In this document: piece after piece, positions 25,726-37,343 of the stretch
Layout: every line of letters starts with the position of its first letter
Numbering within the stretch: position 1 is the stretch's first letter
Assembly: GCA_012295275.1 (NCBI GenBank)
Contig: CM022669.1
Location: 14,446,001 to 14,510,000 of the forward strand
Direction of reading: 5' to 3'
Origin: Chrysomallon squamiferum
Taxonomy: Eukaryota; Animalia; Mollusca
Length of the DNA: 64,000 nucleotides
Translations under genes and position numbers: made by a program
The notes under the pieces: model-generated
What the model saw: only the letters and a program-made list of their open reading frames with translations
Told to the model about the DNA's origin: nothing
Database searches by the model: none

Positions 25726-26900
25726 TTCATCATTATTAAATTTAATGGTTTTTAAATTATTATTACTATTATTAATTAAGTAAATAATAATAATGATAAT
25801 AATAATTTTTATTAATATTCATATTCATATTATTATTATTATTATTAAACATAAAATATTTCTATCTGACACTTGTCTGCTCCATCATAACATTTGTCAA
25901 GTCTTCATTATTATAGAGTTTTTTTTTAAATTTTAAATATGTAAATGCTAGTGTTAATTCTTTTTCAGACTTTGTATGATCCATTCTTCATTTCTTTGTA
26001 CAATGTCTTCTACACATCATTACCTGTCCTTGTCCTAGGAATATTTGACCAGGTAACTGCATTGTTATATATAATATCTCAACAAAAAACAAAATCATAC
26101 AAATTTAAAAATAGAAAAGAAATAATGAATGTATAATTACGACATTTATTTTATTTTACATTTCATTTTTCTTTTTTTCTTTTTTTTTTTGAGGGGGAGC
26201 TATTTCTGTAAACAACATATTCTCTTTGTACAGCATAAACAACAGATATATTTCATTTATAACTTTCAATCTTCAAATTTAAAAAAAAAAAATGTTCTTG
26301 TTATTTATTTCAGGATGTAGACGAAGATCATTCTCTCCGATATCCAAAACTGTACACACCAGGCATGTACGATGACCTGTTCAACAAGAAAAAGTTTCTC
26401 TTCAGTGTTGGTGAAGGTATCATAACCTCATTAATTTTATTTTTCATTCCTTACTGGACTTTCCTCAGTGGTGTAGGCTCATCTGGTATGGGAGAAGATG
26501 ATCTGCAGTCGTTTGGTACCTACGTAGCAGCTATTCTTGTGGTCTCTGTCAATTTGAGGGTAAGAGATGTTCCTTAAAGCATTTCACCCAAAACATCCGT
26601 ATTAAACTTGTTACTTTCATATTGTATTTTGCTGTTTCTGTATTAAGTTTATTATTGTCATGTTAAACTTATTATCGTTATGTTGAGAGTATTGTTTTCA
26701 TACTGCATTTCGTTATTTCTATATTATATTTTATTATTTCCATGTTAAGCTTATTTCCATATTGTTATTCTCATGATCTTTGAAAAGTGAATTTTGGTTT
26801 AAGATAAAAAAAAAATAGAATAAAAATTAACAAATAAACTTTTGAATGATGATAATTAAATTTGAAGTGTAATAAGTGTATAGTAAAACCATATTATACA

Positions 26901-26937
<37 letters not shown>

Positions 26938-27678
26938 AGACATACACACACACCAGAACACAACAAAACTCAAAAAAAACCACCAAAATATACATATTCA
27001 AACAAAATTACCCCAAAAAACTGTTACAAATCAAGTCATTTATTTTTATTTATTTATTTATTTCTATTTTATCTTTTAATTCCGTAACATTTTTTTTAAA
27101 ACTTTTTAAAATCTTTTTAAACTTCCTGTCTTTCACAGTGTGCCCTCGACACCTCGTACTGGACAGGCTTCAACCACTTCGTGATATGGGGAAGTATAAT
27201 CTACTACTTCTGCTTCATCCTTGCCTTCTACTCCAACGGGCTGAGCTACTCCTACGCAGGAGTTGCCTTCGCCGTCTTCTCCTCCAGCAGCTTCTGGCTC
27301 TGCCTCCTGTTGACCTGCACCATGCTCATCGTCCCCGTCGTCGCCTACAGGTTCTACAAGACCAACATCACCGCCTCTCTGTCCGACAGGGTCCGGCTGA
27401 GGCAGAGGCTGAAGAAGCTGAAGTCGCGCTCGAAGGACGCTCACCTCAACCGGCAGTCGATGGTGAGGCACAGCACTCGCTCGATGCGATCGGGCTACGC
27501 GTTTTCTCACCAAGAGGGCTTCGGCCAGCTCATCACGAGCGGACTGAACATGCGGCAGAGGCATGAAGAGCGAAGCAAGGAGCCCGTGAAGCTGACGAAA
27601 GTGATCAGACACAGTCACGAGGACGTTGTGTTTTCGCCGAATTCGCAGGAGAAGGCATTGTTTGTAGAGAAATTGTGA
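2129..27678 (+). CDS. ATP8B: P4-type ATPase phospholipid flippase, ATP8B class (multi-exon gene, 5'-truncated by the window)
   Basis: Join of (2129-2227 OR 4038-4136), 6544-6678, 13169-13239, 13511-13593, 14068-14315, 14731-14942, 15390-15552, 17441-17527, 18446-18614, 19178-19257, 19904-20005, 20644-20763, 21592-21689, 22296-22474, 23371-23630, 24308-24491, 25075-25298, 25969-26052, 26314-26559, 27139-27678. This gives 3384 nt (1127 aa + TGA), all GT-AG introns with consistent phases. Motifs: DGETN, PISL, DKTGTLT, SPDE, KGAD, TGDK, GDGAND, C-terminal GYAFS. Confidence 0.96.
4038..4136 (+). CDS. ATP8B: ATP8B exon variant B (TM1-2 loop + TM2), candidate mutually exclusive exon
   Basis: ttacag|CTG...ATT|gtgagt; 99 nt; [33 protein letters not shown]. 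Confidence 0.9.
4697..4757 (+). repeat. Poly(T) tract
   Basis: ~61 consecutive T. Confidence 0.9.
6544..6678 (+). CDS. ATP8B: ATP8B exon (A domain)
   Basis: cag|[13 protein letters not shown]...[14 protein letters not shown]|gtaagt. Confidence 0.93.
6810..7320 (+). repeat. Degenerate ~190-bp tandem repeat (~2.7 copies)
   Basis: TATAAATAT(G/T)GATTAAAAAT(A/G)CATTA...TTAAATAAAATA recurs near 6886, 7087 and 7271. Confidence 0.75.
8508..8660 (+). repeat. ~65-bp degenerate tandem repeat x3
   Basis: AATC(A/T)GG(A/C)CAGGACT(A/G)TTAA occurs three times. Confidence 0.7.
12719..12819. repeat. Near-perfect inverted repeat (46-bp arms, 9-nt loop)
   Basis: 12719-12764 is the reverse complement of 12774-12819 except for one G.T pair. 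Confidence 0.93.
13169..13239 (+). CDS. ATP8B: ATP8B exon (A domain)
   Basis: tag|[24 protein letters not shown]|gtaagt. Confidence 0.93.
13511..13593 (+). CDS. ATP8B: ATP8B exon (completes DGET motif)
   Basis: cag|[29 protein letters not shown]|gtatac. Confidence 0.92.
14068..14315 (+). CDS. ATP8B: ATP8B exon
   Basis: [16 protein letters not shown]...[16 protein letters not shown]...[16 protein letters not shown]|gttagt. Confidence 0.94.
14731..14942 (+). CDS. ATP8B: ATP8B exon (TM3-TM4, PISL)
   Basis: cag|[12 protein letters not shown]...[13 protein letters not shown]|gtgagc. Confidence 0.94.
15288..15339 (+). repeat. (CT)n microsatellite
   Basis: Direct reading. Confidence 0.95.
15390..15552 (+). 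CDS. ATP8B: ATP8B exon (phosphorylation site DKTGTLT at 15529-15549)
   Basis: [15 protein letters not shown]...[26 protein letters not shown]|gtaaaa. Confidence 0.96.
16341..16446 (+). repeat. G-rich (GT/GGGAGT/GGGT)n tract
   Basis: GGGGGTGGGAGTGGGAGTGGGAGTGGGGG then GT/GGGT repeats. Confidence 0.85.
17441..17527 (+). CDS. ATP8B: ATP8B exon
   Basis: cag|[29 protein letters not shown]|gtgagt. Confidence 0.92.
18171..18254 (+). repeat. (GA)n microsatellite
   Basis: Direct reading. Confidence 0.95.
18446..18614 (+). CDS. ATP8B: ATP8B exon (N domain)
   Basis: cag|CMSNIDFS...[19 protein letters not shown]|gtaagt. Confidence 0.92.
19178..19257 (+). CDS. ATP8B: ATP8B exon (SPDE motif)
   Basis: cag|[28 protein letters not shown]|gtaact. 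Confidence 0.93.
19904..20005 (+). CDS. ATP8B: ATP8B exon
   Basis: cag|[10 protein letters not shown]...[12 protein letters not shown]|gtaagt. Confidence 0.93.
20644..20763 (+). CDS. ATP8B: ATP8B exon (KGAD)
   Basis: cag|[24 protein letters not shown]...HHLN|gtatgt. Confidence 0.93.
20870..21205. repeat. Foldback/inverted repeat with ~125-bp arms
   Basis: 20870-20995 vs 21081-21205, e.g. AAGTATAATTTTGAAAAGTTATTAAACTTT / AAAGTTTAATAACTTTTCAAAATTATACTT. Confidence 0.88.
21592..21689 (+). CDS. ATP8B: ATP8B exon
   Basis: tag|[15 protein letters not shown]...HHLA AG|gttagt. Confidence 0.93.
22296..22474 (+). CDS. ATP8B: ATP8B exon (TGDK)
   Basis: ITLENRDD...[17 protein letters not shown]...[10 protein letters not shown]|gttaat. 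Confidence 0.94.
23001..23379 (+). repeat. 41-bp minisatellite (8 units + partial) overlapping an ATP8B 3' splice site
   Basis: Unit (G/A)AACTGCTGGTTACT(A/T)CTAA(T/C)(A/G)ATGAAAT(T/G)TTATTG(A/T)ATAG; units start at 23039, 23080, 23121, 23162, 23203, 23244, 23285, 23326. Confidence 0.95.
23371..23630 (+). CDS. ATP8B: ATP8B exon
   Basis: cag|AA (E)[13 protein letters not shown]...[10 protein letters not shown]|gtgagt. Confidence 0.93.
24308..24491 (+). CDS. ATP8B: ATP8B exon (GDGAND)
   Basis: AYALKPELE...[15 protein letters not shown]...[16 protein letters not shown]|gtatat. Confidence 0.95.
25075..25298 (+). CDS. ATP8B: ATP8B exon (TM5)
   Basis: [16 protein letters not shown]...[10 protein letters not shown]...YFFYKNF...CGFSAQ|gtaaga. 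Confidence 0.95.
25969..26052 (+). CDS. ATP8B: ATP8B exon (TM6)
   Basis: cag|[28 protein letters not shown]|gtaact. Confidence 0.94.
26314..26559 (+). CDS. ATP8B: ATP8B exon (TM7-8)
   Basis: cag|[17 protein letters not shown]...ILVVSVNLR|gtaaga. Confidence 0.93.
27139..27678 (+). CDS. ATP8B: ATP8B last coding exon (TM9-10, autoinhibitory GYAFS tail)
   Basis: cag|[19 protein letters not shown]...[19 protein letters not shown]...VEKL TGA. Confidence 0.92.
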   Translation, partial: CALDTSYWTGFNHFVIWGSIIYYFCFILAFYSNGLSYSYAGVAFAVFSSSSFWLCLLLTCTMLIVPVVAYRFYKTNITASLSDRVRLRQRLKKLKSRSKDAHLNRQSMVRHSTRSMRSGYAFSHQEGFGQLITSGLNMRQRHEERSKEPVKLTKVIRHSHEDVVFSPNSQEKALFVEKL

Positions 27679-27853
27679 GACGAAAAATGGTGTTTTTTAT
27701 TTTTTTGTTTTATTTTTTTTAATTATTTTTTTTTCTTCACAGAAAATTTGTACATTAAACAGTCTTAACAACAATTCCATTTAAAAAAACCACTGTCATG
27801 TATATTTAAAAATATATATATATGTGTGTGTCTGTAAAGTATATTTTATTTTT

Positions 27854-28143
27854 CATAAAGCCATAAAAAACATAGTCTTTAATCGTAAATTCATTCTTAT
27901 TCATAAAATCCATTTGTATGAAAATTAAATTCGGTTGATATCGTTTAAAGATTTTAAACCATAAAGCCATAAAAAACATAGTCTTTAATTGTAAATTCAT
28001 TCTTATTCATAAAATCCATTTGTATGAAAATTAAATTCAGTTGATATCGTTTAAAGATTTCAAACCATAAAGCCATAAAAAACATAGTCTTTAATTGTAA
28101 ATTCAGTTGATATCGTTTAAAAGATTTCAAACCATAAAGCCAT
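27854..28143 (+). repeat. 106-bp tandem duplication (2 full + 1 internally deleted copy) in the ATP8B 3'UTR
   Basis: CATAAAGCCATAAAAAACATAGTCTTTAAT starts at 27854, 27960 and 28066. Confidence 0.92.
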
Positions 28144-29014
28144 GATACCTAATGACTGTTGTGTGTAACTGGTACGTTTATAATTCATGTTAAACAAAAC
28201 TTAGTAAATCTTTTCAAACCAAACCCTTTCATGATATGAATAGTTTATAAAACATTATATACTAAACACTGAAATGGGTATAATAAGTGTACTAAAACAA
28301 CAAAAATCGTTGTAACATTAGTATTTATTGTAATAATTAAAGATACATTGTTTACAAATTGTGTAATCAAAAGACTGATAATAATAGTTTCACGTGTGTT
28401 ACCTGAATATCCTCTTTTCCTCAAGGGAAAATAAAAAGTAATTAAATCATATAATTAAAGGTAATAATAAATGTATTTTTGAAAATATTACTGTATCCAT
28501 ATTCATGTACGTTTTCTCATGTTCTTTATTAATAACAAATTTAATAATGAATTAAAATCTATCACAAACCCATTAATTGTGTTCTTTCCAAAATAAAACA
28601 ACCCCAAAAACACCCAAAAACCCAAACTAAAACATTGTGTTTAATGAAAAATATCATGCTTTAGATTTTAAATCAGTTTATTTTTTCTATTTTTTTTTTT
28701 TTTCTATTTCTTTTTCAATTTGAAATACAGAAACAGAAATGTTGTAATGCCTTATCAGTTGTGTACATATATATATAATTTAAATCTGTATATAGAAATG
28801 GCTTCATTTTTAAACCTAATGGTATTTTATGAAGCCTATGATTGTGTCATATATTTGATGAAATTTCGAAATGATATTTTGTACTAAACATGCATATAAC
28901 TGTGATTTTTGTTTGTTGTTGTTTTGTAAAAAGAAAATCATGATCTTTTGTGAGGAAGCATAATTCATGACATTTGTTTAAAAACAATAATTGTAATATT
29001 GGAAATCTTTTATG

Positions 29015-29052
<38 letters not shown>

Positions 29053-29339
29053 TGTATGTATATAAAATATACATATATTGATAACAAATGATGTTGTAAT
29101 GGATTGCACAGTTGTTGGAATCTGTAAATAAATTTTAGACAAAAAAAAAATAAAAAAATGAAAAAAAAAAATGAAACGATTTTTTTTTTAACCAGGAATT
29201 TTCCAAAAACTGAAAGGTAAAATTTATGAAACTTTTTTTCCCTATTTTTAAATTAATTTGTCATCAAGTTTATTTATTTATTTGTTCGTTTATTTATTTA
29301 TTTTTACAATGTTATATTTATTATTTATTATTATTGTTA

Positions 29340-29360
29340 TTTTATTTATTATTATTATTA

Positions 29361-29421
<61 letters not shown>

Positions 29422-29450
29422 TTATTTTTATTACAATTATTTTATTATTA

Positions 29451-29494
<44 letters not shown>

Positions 29495-29540
29495 TTATCA
29501 TTATGACTATTATTATTATTATTATGACTATTATTACTAT
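29340..29540 (+). repeat. (TAT)n microsatellite field
   Basis: Direct reading; source of the poly-Y/poly-L ORFs. Similar fields at 20520-20610 and 30830-31150. Confidence 0.9.
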
Positions 29541-30827
29541 TTTATTCAGTTGAATGTGTTGACAGTAGAAAAAGCTTTACTTATATAAGCCACCGCTCAC
29601 ATATCATTCCGCTGCTATTCGACAATTCTGTTTTTTTAGTTTTTAATAATTTTTAATTTTTTTTTTTTTTTTGGCTTCATCAACCATTAAAAACCTTACT
29701 TACAACTTTTTATAGACAAAAACAACTTAAGGCAAAAATTACCTTTAAACCATATTTTTAAAAACTACCTACAAATATCGTTAATAAATTGAGTTACATA
29801 TCTAGGTACTAATTTGTTTATTTTATTAGTATTATTATTTCTTTTCTCTTTTTTTTTCTTCTTTTTATTTCTTTATTTCAATTTTTTTCTTTAATACGGG
29901 TCCCAATTACATTTATGTAGGTATAATTGTTAGGAATTTTTGCCAGTTTATACCTGGCCTGTTACCATATCAGAATTGTTATATATTATACATTTATTTA
30001 TAATGTTCTGCTTTATTATTGGTTATGCATATATATTTTTTTTTCTTCGTATAAATTTTACTTACCTTTAGGAATTTATATTTTGTTATTCAACTGCTGT
30101 AAATATTGACAGTTTATGAATTTCTTCTATTATTTTGTTCATTTTAATTATTTCTTTATTTACAGTGTTTTATTGTTGTTATTATTTTTATTATTATTGT
30201 TATTATTATTATTCAATATTCACTCAAAACCTAAAATATTTATTAAATTGTGATATTTTCGGAAACTTTTTAATGAAAAATGTAATTAAAAAATATATAG
30301 AAACGGAAATAAAATAATGCTGAGTTATTATTACTTAATAAATAAACTGTAAAAAAAAAAAAAATATATGAAAGCATCATTTTATCAATTTACAATTAAT
30401 CCAGAAATTACTCTTGTACTCAGTAATTAAAACTTTGAGCATTTATGCATCACTGATTTTAACAACAACAAATTTCTGATGAAGAGATGTTTTACACAAA
30501 TGTTTTATTTTATGTAGAGGAATTAATAAAAAAAAAAAAAAAATTCAGTTGCAGATCATTTTGGTATGTTGATAAGTACATTTCACTTTGAGTAATAACA
30601 ATTTAAAAATATATGTATTTGAATAGGAACAAGTGCCATTTAAGAAAATCATGAATATTGGTTTATCTTGTAAACAACAGTTTCTATGTTGAAACATTTG
30701 GTTTATTTTCAACTAAACTTTTCACCAAATTTAATTTTTCTGCTGTTGGTGTTTCAGTTGTCAATCAAATTAAGCCATAGAAACAGGTCATTTCCAGTAA
30801 TCAAACCAAATATTCTCATGATTATAA

Positions 30828-30878
<51 letters not shown>

Positions 30879-31100
30879 TACTATTATTTTTATTATTATT
30901 ATTACTAATATTATTACTATTATGTTATATTTATTTATTTTCATTATATATTTTTCATTTATTATTATTATTATTATTTATTTATTTATTTTTGTTTGTT
31001 ATTATTTCCATTGTATTTTTTCAGTTTTTATTGACATTATTAATATTATTTGTTATTTTTATTTATTATTATTTTCATTGTATTTATTATTATTATTAAA

Positions 31101-31150
<50 letters not shown>

Positions 31151-33479
31151 GTTATTCTGATGGTGTAAAATAAATCAATAAAGTTTATTCTGTTATTTCA
31201 TGTTATTAAAAAAAGCCAGGCAATATCTCCATCAGTGTTGTATCAAAATATGTGTATGACATTCCTACTGACCGATAATGTGATTATTCTGTTAAAAAAA
31301 CAAATTATATGTATATGGGTGAATTAAAATTAATATAAATGTTGTGTTTGAAGTCAAAATCATTGAATGTTGTAAAGATATTTATGTTTTTGGGATGTTT
31401 TTTTCAATTTTTTGTTACATAGGTATAAGTAATCATGAAGGTTTATTTCTGTTATTATTATTGTTATTATTATTACTATTATTATTATCATTATTAACAT
31501 TATTATTCTTTTTCCTTCTTTTTATGTTTTTATTTATTTATTTATTCATTTATTTATTTATTTATGTTACCTTTATTTTTATTTTATATAAACATATTGA
31601 CATTTTGTTAATTTTTTTGTATTATGCTGAAATAGCAATATTTTAAATGATAATTATTTTATGAGGGACTGGTTGATTTAGTTAGATTCTTACAAAGGTT
31701 ACAGTACAAATGTATTGTTATTAAGACATTTATAAAACTTTTAACTTTACATATTTCCCCTTACTTTTAATATTGATAAACCAGAAAAACATTAAAGAAA
31801 ATTATGTAAAAAGAGATATACTTCATTGGTCAAAATCAGTTTTGTCTTCACCATTTGCTTTTTAGATTAGTTAGAACTTAACATTCTGTCTTGTAAATAA
31901 TAATTTAAAATTAAACCTGAAAATAATTACTTAAAGTTATATTTGAAACTTAAAATTGAATTTTGAAAATAATAACTTGAAATTAAAATTGAAAATAATG
32001 ATATAAAAATGATTCTTGTAAATAAAATTCGAAACATTATTTGTCTTATAAATATTAACTTAAAATAATACTTTAAATTAAAATCAGGAATATTTTCACA
32101 TTTTATTCCATTTTTCTGTTTATGTGTTGTTATTTAATTTTTTTTTTTTATTTTTTTTTTTGTAAAGATATTTATCTATGAAAAGTTTTATTTTATTTTA
32201 TTCAGGATTTTTTTAATTAATTTTGTTTCTTATTCTCTCCGTCCATTGTATCATGGCTATTTAAAATGAGTAACAACCACAAAAAATACATATATTTTAA
32301 TAAACTTCTAAATTATTTTTACAAATGTAAATTGTTTATAAACTAATGAGGTGTTTAGCACAATAGTGAAAAAAGTAAAATATATATTTTATCAAATTAC
32401 AAAATACAGATTTTAATGTTTTTAAATGTTATTTATAGTGATGAATTTTTTATTTATTTATTTATATATATATATTTTTTAATTATGATTATTATTAATT
32501 ATTAATTATTTAAAATAACAAACTAATTTAAAATTAAAAGGTCATTCATTAAAATGGATTTTGCATAGTCTTTAGACATCAAGACAATTTTTTTTTTTTA
32601 TTGGAATACTCAGACACATTTTTGGAGACCAAGAAAAAACCTCTGAATTTGGTAATATTAGTCATTTATATATAGAGATATTATATTTAGAAAATAATTT
32701 CTTTCAGTGAAAATGTAACAGAAGAAAGGTTATGTTTCTAATCTTTATATATATAATAATTCCATAGAAATAAGTTATTATTGTTTTAATTGTTACTATT
32801 ATTATTGTTTTTTATTTTATATTTTTTTATTTCAAATTACATTTTTCAAAATGTATAATACATAAAAATTATAAGGTAAATATTTTATTATTGTACCCAA
32901 GCTATGTATAATATATGCAAGAAATTTGAATGTAAGAGATTTGTAATTCTAGAAAAGAAACCAGATTGAAGAACTGATATAATTGATCATACTTCTATTG
33001 CCATTCCATCCATAAGGTTTGCCCTCCATTGTTCACTCTTTTGTAAGTTCATATATTATTCGCTGTCATAACTGAATTTTTTTTCCCATACTGAAAGTTA
33101 TTACCTTCTTTTTCTAATTTAATTTTTTTAATTTTTTTTTTTCAGAAGTGCTATATTTTGATCATAGTATCATATTATTAAATACCATATCATATATTAA
33201 AATCTTTTAAAAAAAATAAAATAAAATTTAATATAAATTAAATTGTTTGAACAGTATATTATTTTCATATTGTGTGTCATTGTAATCGATTTCTTTTCAA
33301 GTTTTTTTTTATTTATTTTTTTCTTTTGTTTATATATATATATATGAATTTGTAAAACTGTTACAGCCTTTATTATAATAATTATAATGATCTTTATTTC
33401 AATAATAGAAAAACAATGATTATAAACCAACCTAATACTGAATAGCTCTTTTCCAAAATGGAATGGGAGGGTTGCTGGG

Positions 33480-33510
<31 letters not shown>

Positions 33511-33862
33511 TTTTTTTCTTTTGTATTTATTTATGTACTAATAAACCAATCTTGACTTTTCACAGTTATGTTAACATACTTAATGTTTGTGTTCATTTGA
33601 AACCATAATATAATTTACTTTCTTAACCTTGTCACTAGTATATTGTTACCATTATTACTACTCATATCAATTATGATCATCATATCTGTCACAAGTAAAC
33701 TGTTTATTCTTGTTATTTTAGATAAAAGAATGACATTACCAAATTGTTCTTGTTTGTTTTTTGTATAACTTGAGTTTTGTTATGAATTTATTTTATTCAT
33801 TTTAATTGTTTTATTTATTTATTTATTTATTTATTTACTTATGTATTTTATTATTATTATTA

Positions 33863-33893
<31 letters not shown>

Positions 33894-34286
33894 AAACGAA
33901 ACACCAATTCATATTTTGTATTTTTCAATATTACAAAATTTAATGAAAATATTTTATGATCTCCTTTTTTTTTCTCTTCTTTTTTTTTTCTTTATTTTCT
34001 TCTGATGTGGTGTTTTTTCAGATGTCAGTCAAATTAAACCATGCAAATAGATCATTTCAAACTAAACATTCAGACAGATAAAAAATAAAATAAAAATAAT
34101 AATAATAATAATTAATAAATAAATAAATAAATAAAAACAAAATAATAAATAATGAAAGAATATTTGTTTTATGTTTATCATTCACTATAAAAAGTTAATA
34201 ACAGAGAAAACTAACATTTATTAACAAGCATCAGTGGATTTATTTTTTTTAATTTTATTATTTATTGAAATTTAATCTCCCACATG

Positions 34287-35456
34287 TTAACTAAAACACA
34301 TAAAAGTTTCCTGGGTGTAATATTTTTGGTTTAGCCATAATATAGATTTAAAAAATGCATACCTGCATGGATGATTGATTCAATGCATAACAATGTACAT
34401 TTTCTACATGTATACTCTTCTCCAAGTCCAAAAACTCATCTTTGGAGATAAAAACTCATCTGACATGTCTGAAGGAATGCCTGAAAGATATGAAAAGATG
34501 TCAAATGGCATGACATGTTCTACACAATCAGACTCAAAGGGTTAACAGGAAGTGATGCTTCAGGCTTGTCGGGAACTTGAAATCACCATTGACCACATGA
34601 CAATTAGAAGTTTAAGGCAAAGAAGTTTCTTCATCTGCATTTCTTTGACAATCTGAAGCTTTCAAGTTGGGCACAATGTTTTCTTCGTAAAACTTCGTAA
34701 GTCATTTTATCATGTCATGTGGCCTTCCCAATGATTTTGAACAAGGTTCCAGTCAACTACAGTACATCCCAGTCTGAATTTAGACTTCATCAAGTGATGT
34801 ACTGTAAATGTATTTGTACACCTAGTCTTTGGCACAGAGCATATGAACAAGGTCTACCTTCACCTTGATAAACCGATTTATACTTGAAAAATTTGGAACT
34901 TTTTTTGCATCAATGACCAGTGAGGCAATCACAGATTTCTGCATCAAGAATATTCCAGGCATTCACTTTTTCAACATCACACCAGATCACATATTAGCAA
35001 AGCATTAGTTGTAACTACAAGGGAGGTTTCAAGTGGCCAAAGGAACACAGCAGTTTCACCGGTTAGGTCCATTATCTAAATCAAAGCTACATGCCTACTA
35101 GATGAGCCTGCAGAGTGACCCACCAGAACTACTATCTGTCCAGGATTCTGAGGATGGGCTGGGCTAGTTGAGGACATTTCAGAAGAGCACAGCGACTTCT
35201 TCATTCATTTCACTGCACCCTCACAGACCTTCTAAGTTATTTCACTGGCCAAACAAAGAAGACACTTGTTGGATTAGTGAAAGTGTCATTGATACACCTG
35301 CTATTTCATCTTCTGAACTGAGTAAAATGGATGTGCATTTTTTAAATCTATATTGTATCTAAACCCAGGAAACTTTTATATGTTTTAGTTAATCTGAGAC
35401 GGTCGGGTTTAAAAAAAAAAAATTGGGTGGGGGGGTGATTTCACATGGAATGACCC
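34287..35456 (+). mobile_element. Decayed TIR DNA transposon with transposase remnants (tentatively Sola2-like)
   Basis: Inverted repeats 34287-34316/35363-35392 (29/30) and 34339-34359/35334-35354 (21/21); right end ...CACATGGAATGACCC. Interior fragments NIPGIHFFNI, RFQVAKGTQQFH, LHPHRPSKLFHWPNKEDTCWI. Superfamily assignment is inference. Confidence 0.68.
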
Positions 35457-36675
35457 AATGCTATTTTGTCTGAGGAAAATTGCATTTGAGAAAAATACAA
35501 TACTGATATTTTGTCTGAGGTTCTGTTGTACTAACCTTCATCACATTACTCAAATGTGTAAAATTATTAAACCCCAAAACCCAAATAATTTTTAAAAAAG
35601 GAAAAAAGAAAACAACAAAGACCAGATTCTCATTCATTTTTACTCTTGTATCATTACCAAAAACACAAATGTTTCATACACTGATTACAAATTATAGCAT
35701 TTCCAGATAGATAATTTTTACTCCAAGATACACATTTTTTAATCAGAAAACAATTGCAAAGTGGACAAGAAGTAAATTTCTCAACAAATTTGATATTCAG
35801 TGATATGTAGTGTATATTCTTGAAATTCACCAAACAATTAAACTTCTAAAAAAAAAAATTATTTATGATTATTTGCTGCCATGTTACTTGAAGATAAATT
35901 TTGCTTTGCATGTTTAATGCTTTGTTGTATTTTTTATTGTCACAAATCCATCATGTAAATAAACGTTTTTGCTTGCAAAATCAGAAACAATGAAAAAAAA
36001 AAAAGTGTGAAAATTTTAAACATTTAAAAGAAATGATGATTTCAGTAAGAAAATTTACTTTTCACTTAGATAACAAAATATCTGTGGAATGTTTCTAATT
36101 GCATGAATTTTATGTGTTTTACTACTTGATGCTAATAAAATGAACTTATTTAAATAATCTTTTTCTTGATGTAATATTTAAAAAATTATTTGAGCCAAAG
36201 AACAATTTGAAAACACCAACCATATTTAAAGTATAAACTTAAAGAGAAAACAGACTGAAGTTTGGCTGATTTTTTTCCACACACACATATTATTATTTAT
36301 TTTTAAATTATTTTGTTTGTTTTATTAAAAAAAACAACAAAAAAAAAAAAAAAAAAAATGTTATTTTATATAAAGAAAACAAAAGCATTGAAATATTTTA
36401 CTAAAAATGTCACAAATTTTTAATTTGTATCTAAAAAATGATGTGATAAATCCTGTATAAAATCTACTATTAATCTCCAAGCATATGTCAAGTTTTAATT
36501 TTATTATTACTGAAGTATACAGAAATAATATATAAATATATACTTATTTTCTACTAAAGATGCACTTTAAATTTGTATTTATCTATTCAGACAGTTAGCA
36601 ATATTTCAAGAGATGTAGAATGCACAAATATACATACTGTTACACAAAATATATATATATATATACACATATACA

Positions 36676-37312
36676 CAGTGGTACCTTGACTTACGAGTTT
36701 AATTCATTCCATGGCTGAGCTCATAACTCAATTTGCTCGTATATCAAATCAATTTTCGCAGATGAAATTAACTGAAATACCATTAATCCGTTCCACCCCC
36801 CAAAAACAACCCCCTTTTTTTGTAACATGTTTTTAAATAAGAAATATGTATTTATAAATGACAAATATTGTATAAAAATAAACATTATAAAAGAGAATGT
36901 AAAAAAATAAACTGGTTTTGTAAAGTGAACAGTGTTAGGGTTTCTCCATCTTTTCATGGACAGAGGTCTGCAGCTTAGAAATTATTTTAACACTTTTTGC
37001 TGGAGTTACAGCCTTTATCAACTCCTTCTGCTTCAGTATGGTACATATCGTAGAAGTACTATACTTGTACTGCCTAGCCAAGTTGACACCTCTCTATTTA
37101 ATGAGTTAATTCAATGGACATCATCCACTTCTTCTCAGCACTGTCCTTTGCACTCATTTTCTAAAGATCCATGATTGTGAATCAATGGAAATTTGGCAAA
37201 AAACTGCACAAAATGTGAGAACAACACAACACAACAGAGATGCTCTTAACTCAGATTTTGGCTCGTAAATCAGAAACTTGTAAGGTGGGGCACTTGTAAG
37301 TCAAGGTAAGAC

Positions 37313-37314
<2 letters not shown>
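36676..37314 (-). mobile_element. Second copy of the same Tigger/pogo-like element, opposite orientation
   Basis: CAGTGGTACCTTGACTTACGAG...CTTGTAAGTCAAGGTAAGACTG; reverse complement shares long blocks with 45238-45963 (e.g. TGAGTGCAAAGGACAGTGCTGAGAAGAAG, ATGTACCATACTGAAGCAGAAGGAGT). Confidence 0.86.

Positions 37315-37343
<29 letters not shown>

Noticed and set aside
26862-27618. Long overlapping ORFs (234 aa on +, 161 aa on -) over the last ATP8B exon
   Set aside because: Off-frame or antisense shadows of a GC-rich exon, plus microsatellite-derived sequence.
29226-31646. Poly-Tyr/Leu/Ile ORFs
   Set aside because: Translations of (TAT)n microsatellites.
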